In this document: positions 50,961 to 60,649 of the stretch, piece after piece | Position numbering within the stretch: position 1 is the stretch's first letter | How the letters are laid out: every line of letters starts with the position of its first letter | Origin: an uncultured Candidatus Saccharibacteria bacterium | GTDB taxonomy: Bacteria; Patescibacteriota; CALEFQ01 | Assembly: GCA_965230955.1 (NCBI GenBank) | Contig: OZ246404.1 | Span: 289,184 to 353,183, forward strand | Direction: 5' to 3' | Length of the DNA: 64,000 bases | The notes under the pieces: generated by a model | The model's database searches: none | What the model saw: the letters and a program-made list of their open reading frames with translations, nothing else | What the model was told of the DNA's origin: nothing | Position numbers and translations under genes: made by a program

Positions 50961-51028
50961 TAGTCAAAAATCAAAAGTCAAAAGTGCGATGATTTAACTT
51001 TGGACCTTTGACTTTTTACTTTTGACTT
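50961..51028. repeat. AAAAGTC/GACTTTT heptamer inverted array
   Basis: Fills the gap up to ATG 51029. Confidence 0.8.
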
Positions 51029-51466
51029 ATGAAAAGAGAGCATTCAGCCGGCATAATTCCAGTATGGATCAAGGATGAGCAGGTCCGGTTTTTGTTGCTG
51101 AAAAGTAAAACATACGGTCATTGGATGTTTCCCAAGGGGCGTTCGGAACCGGGTGAAGATGACCGGGCGACCGCTCACCGGGAATTGTTTGAAGAGACCG
51201 GGATCGATAATATTTCTTTAATTGATAAAGCGGTTTTTACGGAAAACTGGTGTTATTCCCGAGCGGGAGAAGATATTTCCAAAGACGCGAAATATTTTTT
51301 GGGAGTAGTCACGGCCGGAGACGTAAAGCCGCAGCCGGAAGAAATTACGGACTACCGCTGGGTGACGCTTCCCGAAGCCCAAAAATTATTGACGCCACAT
51401 CCGAGCAAGGCGGGAATATTGAAGCAGGCGTTTAGAGTATTGCAGCAGGAACAGCTGATTGATTAA
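51029..51466 (+). CDS. NUDIX hydrolase (Ap4A hydrolase-like)
   Basis: HSAG, HWMFPKG..E..E....TAHRELFEETG. Confidence 0.88.
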   Translation: MKREHSAGIIPVWIKDEQVRFLLLKSKTYGHWMFPKGRSEPGEDDRATAHRELFEETGIDNISLIDKAVFTENWCYSRAGEDISKDAKYFLGVVTAGDVKPQPEEITDYRWVTLPEAQKLLTPHPSKAGILKQAFRVLQQEQLID

Positions 51467-51534
51467 GTCAAAAGTCAAAAGTCAAAAGTCAAAAGTTCAT
51501 AACTTTTTGCTTTTGATTTATTACTTTTGACTTT
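51464..51534. repeat. AAAAGTC/GACTTTT heptamer inverted array
   Basis: TAAGTC AAAAGTC x3 ... ACTTTTGACTTT. Confidence 0.85.
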
Positions 51535-51540
51535 ACACCA

Positions 51541-53307
51541 ATGCTTCGTACCAACACTTGCGGCGAACTTACCAAGAAGCACGTTGCTAAAAAAACCATC
51601 CTTTGCGGCTGGGTCAATTCCCGGCGCGATCATGGCGGTTTGATTTTTGTTGATCTGCGGGATCGCTATGGGCTGACGCAGGTGGTATTCGATCCCAAAA
51701 AACAAGAAGTTTTTAAATTGGCGGACAGTTGCCGTCCGGAATTTGTTATCCGGGTAGAAGGCGAGGTGCGGGCGCGGCCGGCCAGCATGATCAATCCCGA
51801 TTTAACGACGGGGGAGATCGAAGTGGCGGCTGAGGCGATCGTGATTTTATCGAAATCATTGACTCCGCCGTTTGAGATCAATGATAAAAAGCGGACGATG
51901 GCGAACGAGGAACTGCGGTTGAAATACCGGTATTTGGATTTGCGCCATCGGTATTATTTGGAAATACTTCAGAAAAGGGATGAAATTTTTACTTTCATCC
52001 GGGAATTTTTTCATCGAAAAAAATTCATCGAAGTCCAGACGCCGATTCTGGCCAATTCCAGTCCCGAGGGAGCGCGTGATTATCTGGTGCCGTCGCGCTT
52101 GCATCCGGGAAAGTTTTACGCCTTGCCCCAGGCGCCCCAGCAATTCAAACAATTGCTGATGGTCGGGGGCTTTGATCGTTATTTTCAAATTGCTCCTTGT
52201 TTCCGCGATGAAGATCCGCGGGCCGACCGCCATCCGGGCAGCTTTTACCAGATCGATTTTGAAATGAGTTTTATCGAGCGGGAAGATTTATATGAATTGC
52301 TCGAGCCTTTTTTCATTGAAATGACGGAAAAGTTTTCTTCCAAGAAAGTAATGACCAAACCTTTCCCGCGGTTGAGTTGGGACGAGGCGATGGACACCTA
52401 CGGTTCGGACAAGCCGGATTTGCGTTATGAATTGAAATTTGTCGATGTTACTAAAGTATTTGCGGCCACCAAATTTCAGGTTTTCGCCAAAAGTTTGGGA
52501 AAAGGCGGCCTGCTCAAAGCTTTGCGCGTGCCGCAAGGCTCCAAGCTGACTCGCAAGCAGATCGATGAGCTGACGGAATTGGCTAAGCAGCAGGGACTGG
52601 GCGGGCTGGCCTATATTTCTTACAAAGAAAAGCCGATTTCGCCGATTCTTAAATTTTTGTCCGAAAAAGAGATTGCATCCATAAAAAGTGAAACCAAGGC
52701 TCAAGACGGTGATATCGTATTTTTTGCGGCCGATCAATGGGAAACCGTGGTCAAGGCTCTGGGGAAAGTGCGCTCCCGGGTCGCTGAAATGCTGAAATTG
52801 GCCGATCCTAATGTACTGGCCTGGGCCTGGATTTACGATTTTCCGATGTATACGGTCAGCGATGTCACCGGCCAGCTTGATTTTGAGCATAATCCTTTCA
52901 GTATGCCGGTCGGCGAGGAAAAAGCTTTAGAGCAAAAAGACAAAACCAAGATTCGTTCCCAGCAATTTGATGTGGTGGCTAACGGCTACGAGTTGGGAAG
53001 CGGATCAATTCGGAATCATAAGCCCGAATTATTGTACAAAGCTTTTGAATTGGCCGGTTATACCCGAGTTGAGGTTGACCAGAAATTCAAGCATATGATT
53101 GAAGCCCTGAAATTCGGCGCGCCGCCTCATGGGGGAGCGGCGCCGGGGATTGATCGCATCCTCATGCTGTTGCTTGATTGCCATAGTATCCGTGATATTT
53201 ACGCTTTCCCTCTTTCCGGTAACGCGCAGGATTTGATGACCGGCGCGCCGAGTGAAGTGGGAGAGAAGCAGTTGAAGGAATTGCATATTAAAATTGCAAA
53301 ATCTTAG
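51541..53307 (+). CDS. aspS: Aspartyl-tRNA synthetase (possibly non-discriminating)
   Basis: RDHGG, PEGARDY, QIAPCFRDED, GAPPHGG. Confidence 0.96.
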   Translation: MLRTNTCGELTKKHVAKKTILCGWVNSRRDHGGLIFVDLRDRYGLTQVVFDPKKQEVFKLADSCRPEFVIRVEGEVRARPASMINPDLTTGEIEVAAEAIVILSKSLTPPFEINDKKRTMANEELRLKYRYLDLRHRYYLEILQKRDEIFTFIREFFHRKKFIEVQTPILANSSPEGARDYLVPSRLHPGKFYALPQAPQQFKQLLMVGGFDRYFQIAPCFRDEDPRADRHPGSFYQIDFEMSFIEREDLYELLEPFFIEMTEKFSSKKVMTKPFPRLSWDEAMDTYGSDKPDLRYELKFVDVTKVFAATKFQVFAKSLGKGGLLKALRVPQGSKLTRKQIDELTELAKQQGLGGLAYISYKEKPISPILKFLSEKEIASIKSETKAQDGDIVFFAADQWETVVKALGKVRSRVAEMLKLADPNVLAWAWIYDFPMYTVSDVTGQLDFEHNPFSMPVGEEKALEQKDKTKIRSQQFDVVANGYELGSGSIRNHKPELLYKAFELAGYTRVEVDQKFKHMIEALKFGAPPHGGAAPGIDRILMLLLDCHSIRDIYAFPLSGNAQDLMTGAPSEVGEKQLKELHIKIAKS

Positions 53308-53362
53308 AATAATAAAAAAGCGGCTGCCAAATGGTAGCCGCTCAATATGCCGAGAAAAGGCG

Positions 53363-53620
53363 TTAACGATTTCGAAAACAGTCCAGTTCTTTGCTCATTG
53401 TCTCGATCAGTTTGGTGGCAAGTATCAGATCGCGCTCTCGGAATTTTGTGCGGCGGATATTGCTTCGCGAATCTGTCAATACGACCCCTCTGGTAATTTG
53501 TCCTTGTTTTTTGCTCCAAACGGGGCTGGAGATACTTGCTCGGCGGTAAATGTAAACAAAATATTTACCGTTTAACTGGATGGCGACTATATCGCCGTTG
53601 TGAAATTTCTGCTTTTTCAT
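53363..53620 (-). CDS. Small basic hypothetical protein
   Basis: ATG 53620 (MKKQKFHNG) overlaps the stop of a 14-codon ORF. Confidence 0.4.
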   Translation of the reverse strand: MKKQKFHNGDIVAIQLNGKYFVYIYRRASISSPVWSKKQGQITRGVVLTDSRSNIRRTKFRERDLILATKLIETMSKELDCFRNR

Positions 53621-53850
53621 GTCGGCACCTTGTCCCAATGCTGTTCCGGATACTGTTCCATAGGACCTTCCTCCTTTTTTCAAAAAAGCTTTTCTGGTAT
53701 TACTGCCGAGGGCAGTTTCTTGTTCCTGTTGAATTTGCTTCCATTCTTTCTTTGTCAATATACAATTTACTTAACGGTAAAGTATATCAATAGATATCTT
53801 GGAAGTCAACTGTAGGAAAGACGGTAAAGCGCACTAGGGTGGGGTAGACC

Positions 53851-53883
53851 GCCCCCACACTCAAGTACCTTGAGTGTGGGGGC
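53851..53883. repeat. CCCCACACTCA palindromic element, copy 3
   Basis: GCCCCCACACTCAAG TAC CTTGAGTGTGGGGGC. Confidence 0.85.
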
Positions 53884-53981
53884 TCCCCTATCGTTTTAAA
53901 AAAATATTTTTTCCCGATTAATAATACCCGGCATAATAATTAAAAAAGGGGACTTGCCGGTCTCTGCCCTATCAGTTTCTC

Positions 53982-54806
53982 ATGGCTGAAATCTTGACGG
54001 TCCAAAACAAAAAGTCTTTTGACCTTCCCGGCGGAGTGATCGAGAAGTATACGTTTGTTTTGTCTGACGGGGAAAAAATCGAATCGGTTTATCGCAAATC
54101 AAAGGGGCAAGCGGAAGTATATTTGTCGTCGCAGGTGGGCTGCGGCGTCGGCTGCTCTTTTTGCGCCTGTTCGGAAGAATGGCTGATTCGCGATTTGACC
54201 TGGAAAGAAGTAGCCGCCCAGGTGGAAGCGGTTTTGGAGAACAAAAAATACCACCAGTTATCAATCCTGTTCAACGGTATCGGCGAACCGACGGATAATG
54301 GCGCGGCGGTGACCAAAGCGATTAAATATCTGCTTAAGCATTATCCTGGCGCGCACATCAAAGTGACAACCACGGGATTAAGGGAAAAAGTTTTGAAATC
54401 CTGGGCTCGCCTGCCGGTGTCACTCCAGCTGTCATTACACGCCCCGACCACGCAGTCGCGGGAAAAAATCATTCAGACCTTGATTGATATCAAACGTATC
54501 GTCAAGGCTGCTCGGCAGTGGTCCAAAGCCCGCGGAGAAAAAGTGACGGTCAATTATCTTCTCTTGAAAGATTTCAATGATTCTTACTCGGCGATTGATC
54601 AATTACTGAAACTGCTGGATCCCAGGTTTTTTCGGATTATGTTTTCTCATCTCAATCAGGTGGCTAATCGAGATTTCCCCTACCTAGAATCAGATAGATT
54701 TGCTATCCTAAAAGAGTATGTGGCGGAAAAAGGCTATGAGGTGACGGAATTCGATGATGCCGGGAAACGCGCCGGGGCGGGGTGTGGGCAGCTCACTAGC
54801 AGTTAA
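53982..54806 (+). CDS. Short RlmN/Cfr-family radical SAM protein
   Basis: SSQVGCGVGCSFC, NGIGEP, LSLHA, AGCGQL. Confidence 0.85.
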   Translation: MAEILTVQNKKSFDLPGGVIEKYTFVLSDGEKIESVYRKSKGQAEVYLSSQVGCGVGCSFCACSEEWLIRDLTWKEVAAQVEAVLENKKYHQLSILFNGIGEPTDNGAAVTKAIKYLLKHYPGAHIKVTTTGLREKVLKSWARLPVSLQLSLHAPTTQSREKIIQTLIDIKRIVKAARQWSKARGEKVTVNYLLLKDFNDSYSAIDQLLKLLDPRFFRIMFSHLNQVANRDFPYLESDRFAILKEYVAEKGYEVTEFDDAGKRAGAGCGQLTSS

Positions 54807-54864
54807 AAAAGATATTAAGACGTTAAGAAAATTAAGATATTAAGATATAATTTTAAGTAGCATC

Positions 54865-55185
54865 ATGATTATAAAGAAATTAGATAAGCCGGATCGTATT
54901 ATTGCCCCGCCGGTGTCGAGATATCTCAAGTCGCGTTTCCAGATATTGGCTCCGGGCGAGGAAGTCGGGGAACACGTGACCGATCAGCGGGAAGAAATAA
55001 TCATAATCCTGAAAGGAGTCGCGACTATCGTGGAAAAGGGTCAGCCTCAGGTCTTGGCTTCGGGACACGCGGTCTACTTGCCTTCCGGCGTCCGGCACAA
55101 TGTCCGCAACGACGGGACAGAGCCGTTGCACTATGTTTATGTGGTGGCGTTGTTTGATGGCGAGGATCATCACCACCATCACTAA
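54865..55185 (+). CDS. Cupin-domain protein with His5 tail
   Basis: H....REE...L.G, P.GVRH.VRN. Confidence 0.85.
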   Translation: MIIKKLDKPDRIIAPPVSRYLKSRFQILAPGEEVGEHVTDQREEIIIILKGVATIVEKGQPQVLASGHAVYLPSGVRHNVRNDGTEPLHYVYVVALFDGEDHHHHH

Positions 55186-55246
55186 GTCAAAAGTAAAAAG
55201 TAAAAAGTTCTGAACTTTTGACTTTTGACCTTTGACTTTTGACTTA
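55183..55246. repeat. AAAAGTC/GACTTTT heptamer inverted array
   Basis: TAAGTC AAAAGTA AAAAGTA ... GACTTTT GACCTTT GACTTTT GACTTA. Confidence 0.85.
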
Positions 55247-55252
55247 AAATTT

Positions 55253-55762
55253 ATGCCTCTCCTACCCAAATTCCAAAAATTTCTCGATGCCAACAAGGCT
55301 AAGTATGAAATTTTGGCGCACAAGAAAGTTTTTACCACTTATGACACGGCGCAGACTTTGCACGTGGATCTCAAGAGTGTCGCCAAAACACTGTTCGTCA
55401 AAACCGACAGTGATTATGTTTTCGTGATTTTGCCAGGCACCAAGCGATTCGACCAAACCAAGCTGAAAAAGCTGATCAATGATACTCGGAAAAAAGAAGC
55501 CAAGAAAGCCGGCGCGAAGCCGAAATTGGTCAAAAAAGTTGAGCTGACCAGAGAAGCGGCCATCAAGAAAATGGTGACCAAGAAAGTCGGCGCGCTGGTA
55601 CCCTTCGGGCATCTCTATGATCTGCAGACTTTTTACGATAAAGGGCTGGACAATGCCAAGAAGCTGATTCTCAATGCCGGCTCTTTCACGGATTCCGTGA
55701 TGATGACCCCGAAAGAATATTTGAGATTGGAGAAAGCGGTGGCGGGGAGATTCTCGAAATAG
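55253..55762 (+). CDS. YbaK/EbsC family protein
   Basis: VAKTLFVK, GALVPFG, NAGS. Confidence 0.85.
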   Translation: MPLLPKFQKFLDANKAKYEILAHKKVFTTYDTAQTLHVDLKSVAKTLFVKTDSDYVFVILPGTKRFDQTKLKKLINDTRKKEAKKAGAKPKLVKKVELTREAAIKKMVTKKVGALVPFGHLYDLQTFYDKGLDNAKKLILNAGSFTDSVMMTPKEYLRLEKAVAGRFSK

Positions 55763-55896
55763 ATTTAAAAACATAAAATCCCTGCCTGCCGGCAGGCAGG
55801 TAAAAGAAATTTAAAGGCAAGAGCTTAAAGCATGACCCTTTAGATTTTAAGCTTTGAATTTCTTTTAAACTTTTCGTCTTTTAGCTTTAGATTTTC

Positions 55897-56592
55897 ATGT
55901 ACAAGGTTCAACTCGCTCAATTTACCGGTCCGCTCGATTTACTCCTGCAGCTGATCGAGAAAGAAGAAATGGACATCACGACTGTCAGCCTGGCCAAGGT
56001 GGCGGATCAGTATTTGGATTACATGAATCAGATTGAAAACTTGAGCCCGCGGGATATCGCCGAATTTTTAGAGGTGGCGGCGCGCCTGATCTTGATCAAG
56101 TCCAAAGCGCTTTTGCCTCAGCTGGAATTCAGCGATGATGAAGAATTAAGCGCCGAGGAATTGGCCCTGCGTCTGCAGGAATACAAAAAGTTCAAGCAAG
56201 CCGGGCTGGGATTACGCCGGCTTTTGGATCGGAAGCATTATTCTTTCGGCCGGCAGATTTATCTGGAGGAAGAAAAAGTATTCAGCCCCCCGCCGGACTT
56301 GACGACGCAGACTTTGCGCGAAACTTTTGCCGCTGTTTTGGGCGCGGTGCCCCAGATGGATTATTTGGAAGAAGAGGTAATGGTTGACGTCGTGTCGCTG
56401 GAGGATAAAATAGACCATATCCGTAGTACTCTGACGGAGAAATTAAATACCCATTTTCATAAGTTGCATGATTCCAAGTCCAAGATGGAAATTATCGTTA
56501 CTTTCCTGGCTATGCTAGAATTGATGAAACAGCGAATCATTGACGTGAACCAGGATCAGATTTTCGGCGCGATTGAGTTGAAAAAGATATAA
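55897..56592 (+). CDS. scpA: Segregation and condensation protein A
   Basis: FTGPLDLLL.LI, IKSKALLP, FLAMLEL. Confidence 0.93.
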   Translation: MYKVQLAQFTGPLDLLLQLIEKEEMDITTVSLAKVADQYLDYMNQIENLSPRDIAEFLEVAARLILIKSKALLPQLEFSDDEELSAEELALRLQEYKKFKQAGLGLRRLLDRKHYSFGRQIYLEEEKVFSPPPDLTTQTLRETFAAVLGAVPQMDYLEEEVMVDVVSLEDKIDHIRSTLTEKLNTHFHKLHDSKSKMEIIVTFLAMLELMKQRIIDVNQDQIFGAIELKKI

Positions 56593-56645
56593 AAGATATT
56601 AAGAGTATTAAGATATTAAGAAAGTTAAGAGTTTGATGGTAAATT

Positions 56646-57338
56646 ATGGCTAGTTTGAAGCAAAAAGTTGAAGCTTTGTTGTTTGTCGCCGGGCGGCCGG
56701 TGGCGCTGTCTGATTTGATTAAATTTACGCAAGCCGACGAGGCGGCGGTGAGCGCGGCCGTGGATGAATTGGGGCGCGATTACCAGGCCAGCGAACGGGG
56801 AATTCAATTGATGAGAAATGCCGGTGAAGTTCAGCTGGTTTCTCACGGCGAAACGCGGTCAGTGACCGAGCCTTTTCTGAAAGAAGATATCGAGGGCAAT
56901 CTTTCCCGTTCGGCGCTAGAAACTCTTTCGATTATCGCCTACCGCCAGCCGATTACCAGGCCCGAGATTGATTTCATTCGCGGGGTAAACAGTACTATTA
57001 TGCTGCGCAATTTGTTGATGCGCGGGTTGGTGGATCGCAAGCGATCGGGCAAAGACGCTCGTATGTTTGAATACGTGATAAGTTTTGATTTGCTGAAAAT
57101 GCTGGGTATTTCCAAAATCCAGGATTTACCGGAGTTCGTGGCCCTCAATCAGAGCCAATCGATGAAATTGATCGAGAAAAATATGAAAGTGACTGAGGCG
57201 GACGACGTCGAATCGGCGGACAAATCGGTTCAGGAAAATGTCGAAGCGCCGGCCAAAGAAGAAAATGAACCTGCGCCGGAAAAAAATACTTCGGTCTCAA
57301 TTCCGGTGAAAATCGTGAAAGAAAACCCTACTGAATAG
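56646..57338 (+). CDS. scpB: Segregation and condensation protein B
   Basis: EALLF, LSRSALETLSIIAYRQPITR, IRGV. Confidence 0.93.
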   Translation: MASLKQKVEALLFVAGRPVALSDLIKFTQADEAAVSAAVDELGRDYQASERGIQLMRNAGEVQLVSHGETRSVTEPFLKEDIEGNLSRSALETLSIIAYRQPITRPEIDFIRGVNSTIMLRNLLMRGLVDRKRSGKDARMFEYVISFDLLKMLGISKIQDLPEFVALNQSQSMKLIEKNMKVTEADDVESADKSVQENVEAPAKEENEPAPEKNTSVSIPVKIVKENPTE

Positions 57339-57434
57339 CGCAAAAAAGTTCTCAAATAGAAAAATTTCGGTGTAATTAGATAAATGATTAAAATTTTTTC
57401 TATCGTTTGATTTTTAGCAAAATAAAACAAAAAT

Positions 57435-58607
57435 ATGGACAACCCAAACCAACCAAAGCCTGTGCACAAAACCAACTGGATGGTCATCATTCTGTTGATT
57501 ATTATCTGTGCTGTCGTGGCGTTAGGTATTTGGTGGTGGCAGCAGGAAACGACCAGAGTGGCGCAATTGGAGTGGCAGCTAGGGCAGTTGCAATCTAACT
57601 CAGACTGGGAAGTCTACAGTAATCCTGATCTAGGTTTTTCCTTGCGACATCCGGTGGCGGCCAAGCTCACGCACGAAACAAATCTGTTCTCCGGTGGTTT
57701 GGTTTCGTTTTCGGGCTCGGGTCTGTCATTCGACGTTACTACCCTGGTGGCCAATAACAAATCTTTAGCCGACTATTCATACCTGGATACGGCAGTTTCC
57801 TCCGAAACGACATTGGGTGATAGCCCGGCTCTAGTATTCAAATCAGCCACGGGATTTTGCGGTACCGGTAGCTGTGGCCTGCCTTTTGTGGCTATCTCCA
57901 CCAAACACGGCGACTATTTTTATAATTTGATTTTTTCCGGTGACGCGGTCTGGGATGAGACCGAGCGCGAAATAGCCAATTCCTTCACTTTTGTCAGCCA
58001 ACCGACGGTGATAGCGACTCCGACTCCGACTCCAACCCCGACTGCGACGGCGAATGAATATGCCGGCTGGAAAACATATACCGATGAAAAATTAAAAATA
58101 GAATTTAAATATCCCGCGGACTGGAAAGGAATTGAAGAGGAAGCTCGAAAATGCGATAATCCCGCGGCCGCGACCGGATCGGACCCGTGCGAGCATATAA
58201 ATTTATTAGTAACGGCTTTCAAAAACCTGCAAGCTTATATGGCGGGACCGAGCATCGCTTCGGCCAAGAGCGTGCTTTATGAGAAATATCCGGTTGGTCG
58301 GGGCGGGTATTGGGGCGATGAGGTCAATAAAATCACCGATCTCAATTCGGTAAAAAATTATTGCGCCAAGATCGGCGGTACGAAATGCCGCGTATACCAA
58401 AATACTAACGGCGTTACCATTGCCCGCAGTGTTGAGCAGAATTGCAGCGAAGCCGGATGCAGTGGTGAAATTGTCATGTACTATGTAAAACTGAATAATG
58501 ACATTTTCCCGGCGATGGTTTTTTCCACCGCCGCCTTGAAAGATACGGGGGTAGTTGATTTGGAAGTAGATATGGACAAACTAGTCAACAGCTTGAAATT
58601 TATATAA
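57435..58607 (+). CDS. Membrane-anchored exported protein with two PsbP-like modules
   Basis: TM; 'DWEVY.N..LGFSL.HP', 'GWKTY....FKYP.DW'. Confidence 0.65.
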   Translation: MDNPNQPKPVHKTNWMVIILLIIICAVVALGIWWWQQETTRVAQLEWQLGQLQSNSDWEVYSNPDLGFSLRHPVAAKLTHETNLFSGGLVSFSGSGLSFDVTTLVANNKSLADYSYLDTAVSSETTLGDSPALVFKSATGFCGTGSCGLPFVAISTKHGDYFYNLIFSGDAVWDETEREIANSFTFVSQPTVIATPTPTPTPTATANEYAGWKTYTDEKLKIEFKYPADWKGIEEEARKCDNPAAATGSDPCEHINLLVTAFKNLQAYMAGPSIASAKSVLYEKYPVGRGGYWGDEVNKITDLNSVKNYCAKIGGTKCRVYQNTNGVTIARSVEQNCSEAGCSGEIVMYYVKLNNDIFPAMVFSTAALKDTGVVDLEVDMDKLVNSLKFI

Positions 58608-58622
58608 TTTAAGTCGAAACCT

Positions 58623-59369
58623 ATGGACAACTCTAATCAACCTAAGCCAGCTCACAAAACCAACTGGATGGTCATTGTTCTATTGATCGTGATCGTTGGC
58701 ATTGTTGGCGTAGGTATTTATTGGTGGGTACTTGATACCGCCAAGATCAATGACTTAAAATATGAATTGGCTCAAAAAGGAATTTCAGTGACCGCTACGC
58801 CGACTGCGACTGTTACGCCGACGGCTACGACTACTGTTACTCCAACCGCGACGGCAGCTGATCCATATGCCGGCTGGAGAACTTATCGGAATGATTATTA
58901 CGGATTCGAAGTAAGATACCCCAAAGAATGGCAAGTTTCCAATCCGAAAACCTCTGTTATGAGTACTAAAAAAGATGAATTCATCGATCAGCCGCATGAC
59001 GGGATTTTGACTGTTTTTGCTGGTCCGGGTAATTTTGATTTTCATATCACCACCCAAAAAACAAACGAACCTTTCTCGATTGGACCAACTGGCATCGGCT
59101 GGATCCGGACGGAGGCGGGGAACAAGGTGTCTTTTTCCGGAACAGAAGCGCAAAAGTACTACCAAATCTACTACACCGAAGAAAACAAGCATAGCAGTTT
59201 CCATTATACAAAGATCGGGCAGAAAGATAGTCTGATGTTTACTATCGGTGATCGCGAATACATATTGGCTTGTACGCGCAAGAGCGGTCAGGAATATCTT
59301 AATTCAGTGGTGGATCAAAAAACCGAGGATACGGTTGATAAGATGGTGGAATCTTTTCGGCTAATCTAG
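58623..59369 (+). CDS. Paralogous membrane-anchored PsbP-like protein
   Basis: Same MDN.NQPKP.HKTNWMVI start; 'GWRTYRN..YGFEVRYP..W'. Confidence 0.65.
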   Translation: MDNSNQPKPAHKTNWMVIVLLIVIVGIVGVGIYWWVLDTAKINDLKYELAQKGISVTATPTATVTPTATTTVTPTATAADPYAGWRTYRNDYYGFEVRYPKEWQVSNPKTSVMSTKKDEFIDQPHDGILTVFAGPGNFDFHITTQKTNEPFSIGPTGIGWIRTEAGNKVSFSGTEAQKYYQIYYTEENKHSSFHYTKIGQKDSLMFTIGDREYILACTRKSGQEYLNSVVDQKTEDTVDKMVESFRLI

Positions 59370-59386
59370 GCGAATAAGTCATTATC

Positions 59387-59452
59387 AAAAATTCCCCTCA
59401 CACTCAGGATTTGGAATGACCTTTCCGTGCCTGAGTGTGGGGGGAATTTTTT
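59387..59452. repeat. CCCCACACTCA palindromic element, copy 4
   Basis: Internal sequence also similar to copy 1. Confidence 0.8.
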
Positions 59453-59598
59453 TGACAAAAAATTGGTTTTGTGTTAAGTTTGCCTTAATTCCCCTTCGTC
59501 CCGCGAGGCGGGACTTCGGCCTACGGCCGACAAAGGTCGGGGAATTTACGTTCCGGAGAGTTTTGCTCTACGAATAATCTTAGCTGCTGGGAACTTCA

Positions 59599-60552
59599 AT
59601 GTTTAGCCAAATCGCCACAATTTTCTTTGTCTTAGTTTCGCAACTGGGCATTTCCGCTTCGGCCAAGGATGTTTTGGCGTCAGCGCTACAGAGTTACACT
59701 CCGCAAAAAGAATATGTTATGGCCCAGACCGATGGTTTGCAAGATAGCCAAGTGGCTTCGGAAGTGATCAGTACTCTGTCGCCCTTACCAGGCAAAATCG
59801 GGTCGGAAGCCACGATTTTCGTTGACGCCCGTTCGGCGATCGTACTGGATTCCGCCACCAAGGAAGTGCTGTTTGAATCCGACGCGCACAAGGAAATGGC
59901 CATGGCCTCGATCACCAAGTTGATGACGGCCTTGCTGGTGATCGAAAAAGGCAATTTAAATGATGTCGTGACCGTGACCCAGGAAGATGTCATTGAAACC
60001 GGCTCGGATATTGATTTGCGAAGCGGCGAACAAGTTCGGCTCGGCGATTTGCTCCGGGCCACCTTGATCAAATCGGCTAACGACGCGGCTTATACGATGG
60101 CGCATCATGTCGGCGGGACGACGGAAGATTTTGTCAAAATGATGAATCAAAAAGCTGAAGAACTGGGGCTGAAAGAGACTCACTATATGAATCCTCACGG
60201 TTTTGATGAAGTCGGCCACCATTCCAGCGCTTATGATATTTCCTTGCTGATGTCGCATGCCATGGAAAACAAGACTTTTAGCGATATCATGAAAATGAAA
60301 GAATGCGATGTGGCTATTCTTAATTCTGACCGGATATCCCACGTCTCCACGACGAACGAATTGTTGAAGAGCGATGATCCGCTGATCGAGGGCGGAAAAA
60401 CCGGTTTTACCGATGAAGCGGGAGAGGCGGTCGTGCTTGCGGCCAAAAATCCGGCCGGACATCGGATTATCACCGTGATTCTCAATAGCCCACGCCGTTT
60501 TGCCGAAGGAAAAAAATTGATCGATTTTGTATATGAGAAGTACCAATGGTAG
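59599..60552 (+). CDS. D-alanyl-D-alanine carboxypeptidase (peptidase S11)
   Basis: ASITK (SxxK), SAN (SxN), NPHG, KTG. Confidence 0.92.
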   Translation: MFSQIATIFFVLVSQLGISASAKDVLASALQSYTPQKEYVMAQTDGLQDSQVASEVISTLSPLPGKIGSEATIFVDARSAIVLDSATKEVLFESDAHKEMAMASITKLMTALLVIEKGNLNDVVTVTQEDVIETGSDIDLRSGEQVRLGDLLRATLIKSANDAAYTMAHHVGGTTEDFVKMMNQKAEELGLKETHYMNPHGFDEVGHHSSAYDISLLMSHAMENKTFSDIMKMKECDVAILNSDRISHVSTTNELLKSDDPLIEGGKTGFTDEAGEAVVLAAKNPAGHRIITVILNSPRRFAEGKKLIDFVYEKYQW

Positions 60553-60649
60553 AAATAAGTCAAAAGTCAAAGGTCAAAAGTGAAGACGTTGAAGATAATA
60601 AAAAAGCGCGGCGGAAGGTCGCGCTTTTGTGATTGATCTGGAGACAGAG

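Noticed and set aside
55168-55182. His5 tail as a vector tag
   Set aside because: Native context with no vector sequence; natural His tails occur on metal-binding proteins.
57435-59369. Diversity-generating retroelement TR/VR pair
   Set aside because: Similarity is at the 5' ends, differences are not adenine-specific, and no reverse transcriptase is present.
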